Shown here piece by piece: positions 63,501 through 64,000 of a stretch of 64,000 bases of DNA. Source of the stretch: Nymphaea colorata (taxonomy: Eukaryota); NCBI RefSeq assembly GCF_008831285.2, contig NC_045138.2, forward strand, positions 11,656,001-11,720,000. The letters are read 5' to 3'. The notes under the pieces are model-generated. The model was given only the letters and a program-made list of their open reading frames with translations. It ran no database searches and was not told where the DNA came from. Each line of letters starts with the position of its first letter. Position 1 is the first letter of the stretch. The position numbers were made by a program, and so were the translations under genes.

Positions 63501-63523
63501 TGAGGCATGCCTTTTCCATTGTC
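18963..63523 (-). CDS. TOP6B: DNA topoisomerase VI subunit B, 5'-incomplete; 14 coding exons in window (join 63523-63472, 55602-55538, 39955-39849, 39717-39615, 39316-39231, 39151-38955, 38622-38507, 34966-34881, 29025-28953, 27111-27020, 26927-26789, 20552-20458, 19462-19201, 19109-18963)
   Basis: Exons join in frame (1620 nt) from [17 protein letters not shown] / [22 protein letters not shown] (GHKL ATPase motifs) through [17 protein letters not shown] and [14 protein letters not shown] (transducer) to ...[11 protein letters not shown]. This matches plant TOP6B (BIN3/HYP6/RHL3) as I recall it. All intron phases are compatible. Confidence 0.96.
19201..19462 (-). CDS. TOP6B: TOP6B exon ([13 protein letters not shown]...[11 protein letters not shown])
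   Basis: tgcag|G TAT...AAG|gtaaa; 262 nt; within ORF 19063..19476. Confidence 0.92.
19721..20224. repeat. Intronic tandem duplication, two copies of about 250 bp
   Basis: Unit gcaggtgcatgctcccagttgctagggg...tgctaggcag starts at 19721 and again at 19978. Confidence 0.92.
20458..20552 (-). CDS. TOP6B: TOP6B exon ([31 protein letters not shown]), followed by a GC donor
   Basis: tgtag|GCC...TTC AG|gcaagt; 95 nt; phase matches the next exon. Confidence 0.9.
20920..21166 (-). repeat. 3' LTR of Copia-A
   Basis: Matches 26042-26288. Confidence 0.96.
21161..25486 (-). CDS. Copia Gag-Pol polyprotein (1441 aa from MAASSS): gag, CCHC, protease, integrase, RT, RNase H
   Basis: [32 protein letters not shown]...SDNARE...[21 protein letters not shown]...CDNKSAI...ADVLTK; stop lies inside the 3' LTR. 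Confidence 0.95.
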   Translation of the reverse strand: MAASSSSTVNTNPTEIGAFRTENVPMQVITLRLTKDNYFSWSPAMTMGIAGRGRMAYIDGSNPEPARTSDVWHTWFLEDNQVKTWIVNSVSADIQPLILRKKTARDMWVVLEQMYGQKKTAIRTYQVMKTVYGIRQGTSSVAEYYGALKAKWEELDYHSDIPWHCPHDQALYVAHEWENRVFLFLAGLNDEFEGVRSQILNSGEVSSIEDVYSCVEAEEQRRLVTKEGKRELVPYNERSALVSRGPGGPSRSLRRCTHCKKTGHTVDYCWDLHPEKKGNRGRSLTGRPPVSEVQASSGEKVSISTDQLRELRAYLGRLDVNKTETSEGTTANHALAAIGNQGNSSVGEWIVDSGATHHMTGNPKLFHEYKLSSGRERVSLADGSSTCVAGEGTLSLLDKFHVQGALHVPQFPLNLLSVSRLTKELNCELIFSADRCVLQDLVTGKRIGIGLASDGLYRLPIRVATALLTAIRKTDKRREDCLQSFMYWHERFGHLPFGILKHLFPDLCSSFDVSSISCDVCQFAKHVRASYPISSSCANEAFSLIHSDVWGPSGIHTRQGFQYFITFIDDFSRATFIYLLKDRSEVPRIIETFILLVHTQYGANVKTFRSDNAREYMCRPVEEFLRQRGIVHETSCSYTPPQNGVAERKNRQLLNVTRALLFQRNLPKHYWGDAVLTSAYLINRMPSRVLNGRTPHSLLPGSHPPFPLPPRVFGCVCFIHDHSPNVKKLDPRSIKGVFVGYSPTQKGYKCIDPITGRAYVTRDVTFLEHASYFGANPLQGEQSVGREEYSQRQELQFIDFLDYKKTESLNTVDVPEKEERGDNSIEKEGPQLFGQFYSRRGTRTEVMTCDARSTSNPNATPSLDEPSPTEETVETHDEVEKKNDDLPIALRKGVRSCTQHPIGNFVSYSRLGKDYKCFVSTLSLAVIPRTVAEAQSDSKWADAMKEEIDALRRNLTWEVVKIPEAAHLVGSKWVYTIKYKPDGSVERYKARLVAKGFSQKYGIDYLETFAPVAKMKTVRVVISLAVMKEWKMYQLDVKNAFLNGDLEEEVYMHMLPGYEEPEMCCKLKKALYGLKQSPRAWFERLRRVMIRHGYKQGNGDHTLFVKKKESKVTLLLVYVDDMIVTGDDEEEIIKLKGLLATEFDLKDLGKLRYFLGMEVARSSTGLVLNQRKYTLDLLEETGKLGCRPTPTPFDTGHKLSLRDGEPLCEEDKGRYQHLVGKLIYLTLTRPDITFAVNVLSQFMHAPTDAHLKAVDRVLCYLKKNPGKGLLYVKQETVEIEGYSDADWAGCGDTRRSTTGYCVYLGGNLVVWRSKRQDVCSRSSAEAEYRAVAMGVLELLWLKILLTDIGIEIEGPMKMYCDNKSAINLANNPVLHDRTKHVEIDRHFIRERIDAKELILPYMKSEDQTADVLTKALPSTSFERNVSKLGMFDMYAQLEGEC
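26042..26288 (-). repeat. 5' LTR of Copia-A
   Basis: Adjacent to the PBS. Confidence 0.96.
26334..26369. repeat. (CT)n microsatellite
   Basis: Directly visible. Confidence 0.85.
26789..26927 (-). CDS. TOP6B: TOP6B exon ([46 protein letters not shown])
   Basis: cacag|T TGG...AAG|gtgag; 139 nt. Confidence 0.95.
27020..27111 (-). CDS. TOP6B: TOP6B exon ([30 protein letters not shown])
   Basis: ctcag|GGT...ATC AA|gtctg; 92 nt. Confidence 0.94.
27510..27567. repeat. (TA)n microsatellite
   Basis: Directly visible. Confidence 0.95.
28254..28448. mobile_element. hAT-type MITE (about 195 bp)
   Basis: Imperfect TIRs CTGGGGCAGACCC...GGGTCCACCCTG; 8-bp TSD AATAGTTA/AATGGTTA. Confidence 0.7.
28953..29025 (-). 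CDS. TOP6B: TOP6B exon ([24 protein letters not shown])
   Basis: tgcag|C CCG...CAG|gttaa; 73 nt. Confidence 0.94.
29900..30450 (+). mobile_element. Copia RT relic interrupted by an AT-rich MITE-like insertion (about 30028-30416)
   Basis: [37 protein letters not shown] continues as SRPG after the insert; insert has imperfect TIRs ATAGTCACAAA/TTTGTGATTAT. Confidence 0.55.
31513..31838. mobile_element. hAT MITE (326 bp)
   Basis: Perfect 13-bp TIR CTATGTCACACGG/CCGTGTGACATAG; perfect 8-bp TSD CATCAACC. Confidence 0.92.
31870..34089 (-). mobile_element. Old Copia relic (PBS, gag and integrase fragments)
   Basis: Minus-strand PBS TGGTATTAGAGCC at 34089-34077; integrase [30 protein letters not shown] near 32440-32350; gag-like [10 protein letters not shown] near 33300. 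Confidence 0.75.
34090..34630 (+). mobile_element. Degenerate tandem array of TRIM-like LTR units
   Basis: Related ~130-bp units start at 34090, 34268 and 34493. The first two end GGG(C/T)CA(G/A)GTTATT(A/G)CA followed by PBS-like ATGGTA(C/T)CATA. Confidence 0.5.
34881..34966 (-). CDS. TOP6B: TOP6B exon ([28 protein letters not shown])
   Basis: gtcag|TGT...AAC AG|gttat; 86 nt. Confidence 0.94.
35385..35490 (+). pseudogene. Small Gypsy (Tat/Ogre-type) RT fragment
   Basis: Reads [13 protein letters not shown], the non-chromovirus Gypsy RT motif. Confidence 0.65.
35610..37179 (+). mobile_element. 5'-truncated Copia (RT-RNase H plus 3' LTR)
   Basis: [38 protein letters not shown] in ORF 35756..36928; PPT TTGAGGGGGAG then TGTTGAGG LTR from 36936; right end approximate. 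Confidence 0.88.
38507..38622 (-). CDS. TOP6B: TOP6B exon ([10 protein letters not shown]...KFDDPSGD)
   Basis: tgtag|GG GAA...GAT|gtaag; 116 nt. Confidence 0.94.
38955..39151 (-). CDS. TOP6B: TOP6B exon ([16 protein letters not shown]...HADRLI)
   Basis: tgcag|T AAA...ATA G|gtgta; 197 nt; overlaps ORF 38884..39114. Confidence 0.94.
39231..39316 (-). CDS. TOP6B: TOP6B exon ([28 protein letters not shown])
   Basis: tacag|TCA...GA|gtaag; 86 nt. Confidence 0.94.
39615..39717 (-). CDS. TOP6B: TOP6B exon ([34 protein letters not shown])
   Basis: ttcag|G AAT...CGT|gtaat; 103 nt. Confidence 0.94.
39849..39955 (-). CDS. TOP6B: TOP6B exon ([15 protein letters not shown]...RLDIDIHR)
   Basis: tgcag|GCA...CAT CG|gtgtg; 107 nt; not in the ORF track. 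Confidence 0.94.
40690..42223 (-). mobile_element. Old Copia relic (PBS and gag fragment)
   Basis: Minus-strand gag EYLAWKKDQ...REFQMLRK...[32 protein letters not shown] at about 41040-40690; PBS-like TGGTATTAAAGAG next to a ...TAACA LTR end at 42224. Confidence 0.65.
42437..42618 (-). mobile_element. TRIM-like solo LTR
   Basis: TGTAA...TTACA ends; TSD ATAAA/ATAAT; inverted homolog of 54573-54761. Confidence 0.65.
42823..48066 (+). mobile_element. Full-length Ty1/Copia (Ale-like) retrotransposon, Copia-B
   Basis: LTRs 42823-43107 and 47781-48066 (3 substitutions and 1 indel by eye); TSD ATTAT; PBS TGGTATCAGAGCC; PPT TTGAGGGGGAG. Confidence 0.96.
43475..47786 (+). pseudogene. Copia-B gag-pol with one frameshift
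   Basis: ORFs 43445..44047 and 43956..47786 are joined by removing one A from the A5 run at 43995-43999 (restores [11 protein letters not shown]). RNase H motif reads ANVLTK instead of ADVLTK. Confidence 0.88.
48908..54499 (+). mobile_element. Full-length but decayed Ty1/Copia (Ale-like) retrotransposon, Copia-C, a close relative of Copia-A
   Basis: LTRs 48908-49142 and 54270-54499; TSD GTTTT; PBS TGGTATCAAAGCC; PPT; polyprotein fragments nearly colinear with Copia-A. Confidence 0.95.
49962..54275 (+). pseudogene. Copia-C gag-pol, multiply disrupted
   Basis: [11 protein letters not shown]...MYAQLEGEC* broken by stops (for example at 50214, 50553, 52211) and frameshifts. Confidence 0.92.
54573..54761 (+). 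mobile_element. TRIM-like solo LTR
   Basis: TATAGCACCCC (degenerate TGTAACACCCC)...GTTGTTACA; perfect 5-bp TSD AGAAC. Confidence 0.7.
54962..55053. repeat. 46-bp tandem duplication
   Basis: actgttcgacatttcttcaatcaat(c/t)ttcattcttctccctgaaag twice. Confidence 0.9.
55190..55400 (+). pseudogene. Copia gag N-terminal relic
   Basis: [32 protein letters not shown] resembles the KLxGxNY...LWGY(I/V)xG start of Copia gag. Confidence 0.55.
55538..55602 (-). CDS. TOP6B: TOP6B exon ([22 protein letters not shown])
   Basis: tcacag|TT CTA...ATG|gtaatc; 65 nt; ATP-lid GxFGxG motif. Confidence 0.95.
55740..56720 (+). pseudogene. Ancient hAT transposase fragment (DUF659 type)
   Basis: [16 protein letters not shown]...EITKYIYNH...[10 protein letters not shown]...LRQMF; ends approximate. 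Confidence 0.75.
57280..58565 (+). mobile_element. Gypsy gag-protease relic (CRM-like), cut at the right by the hAT element
   Basis: [81 protein letters not shown]...WQYDR. Confidence 0.78.
58566..62605 (+). mobile_element. Decayed autonomous-type hAT DNA transposon
   Basis: Left end CTAAGTCACCTGGGTGCG with GC-rich subterminal repeats; degenerate right end CCCAGTCACTTAG; no matching TSD found. Confidence 0.85.
59981..62310 (+). pseudogene. hAT transposase pseudogene (BED finger, DUF659, dimerisation domain)
   Basis: [65 protein letters not shown]...CERNWS; many stops. Confidence 0.9.
63472..63523 (-). CDS. TOP6B: TOP6B exon ([17 protein letters not shown])
   Basis: ttgcag|GAC...CGA G|gtttg; 52 nt; GHKL DxGxG motif. 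Confidence 0.93.
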
Positions 63524-64000
63524 CTGCAAAAAAAATTTGAGGCAATAAGAACCAGAAATTTCTCCTTTTCCTTCAGGGAAATGTGACTGTCCAAAAGGAA
63601 ACAATTTAAATAATTCAAGTAAATACCAATAGCAAACTTGCAACAGTTTTCTTAGATAAACTTCAAAACGTTTCAGCAAGATATAAACAAATAAGAAGCA
63701 TTAAACGAAATGCAACAGGAAAGAGTTTGACATCTACGGACGGTATAATAGTGTAAAACATTAGATAGCAAATCATACAAACAATCACAAGCATGCGAAA
63801 AATGACAGAGATAAATGAGGAAGCATCTACTCCAGGTATGATGATTATACAGCCATCTCTGACTACTATTGACAAGGAATTATAATTGTTGCAACTGCTT
63901 CGATGCTCAATATCTTCAGTCAGTTCAATTAATCCTTCTCACAATTAAACAGTCTACATTTAATTAAATAGGTGATACTCATAGAAATATATAAGGCTAT

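Noticed and set aside
1..64000. CRISPR arrays, rRNA or tRNA genes, prokaryotic operons or defence systems
   Set aside because: None seen. The TGGTATCAGAGC matches are retrotransposon primer-binding sites, not tRNA genes, and TOP6B here is the intron-containing plant gene, not an archaeal one.

Overview
Flowering-plant nuclear genomic DNA, not prokaryotic. The only intact host gene is DNA topoisomerase VI subunit B (TOP6B) on the minus strand. I reconstructed 14 coding exons between 63523 and the stop at 18963. They total 1620 nt, give a continuous reading frame of 539 aa plus stop, and include one GC-AG intron. The 5' exons lie beyond the right edge of the window. About 43 kb of TOP6B intron is filled with layered transposons: three full-length Ale-type Ty1/Copia elements (one intact with identical LTRs), older Copia and Gypsy relics, two decayed hAT transposases, several hAT MITEs with 8-bp TSDs, and TRIM-like LTRs. 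Downstream of the gene (1-18.9 kb) lie a decayed L1 LINE, an internally deleted chromodomain-bearing Gypsy element (Galadriel-like) and poorly classifiable LTR-like DNA. I found no convincing wholly new system. The best leads are: a possibly active sense-oriented Copia in a TOP6B intron; a 293-nt Gag/protease intron conserved in all three Copias; inverted TE pairs bracketing an in-frame 999-nt exon block; a hAT-to-MITE deletion series; and a charged insertion in the TOP6B C-terminal region. All coordinates and mismatch counts were read by eye.
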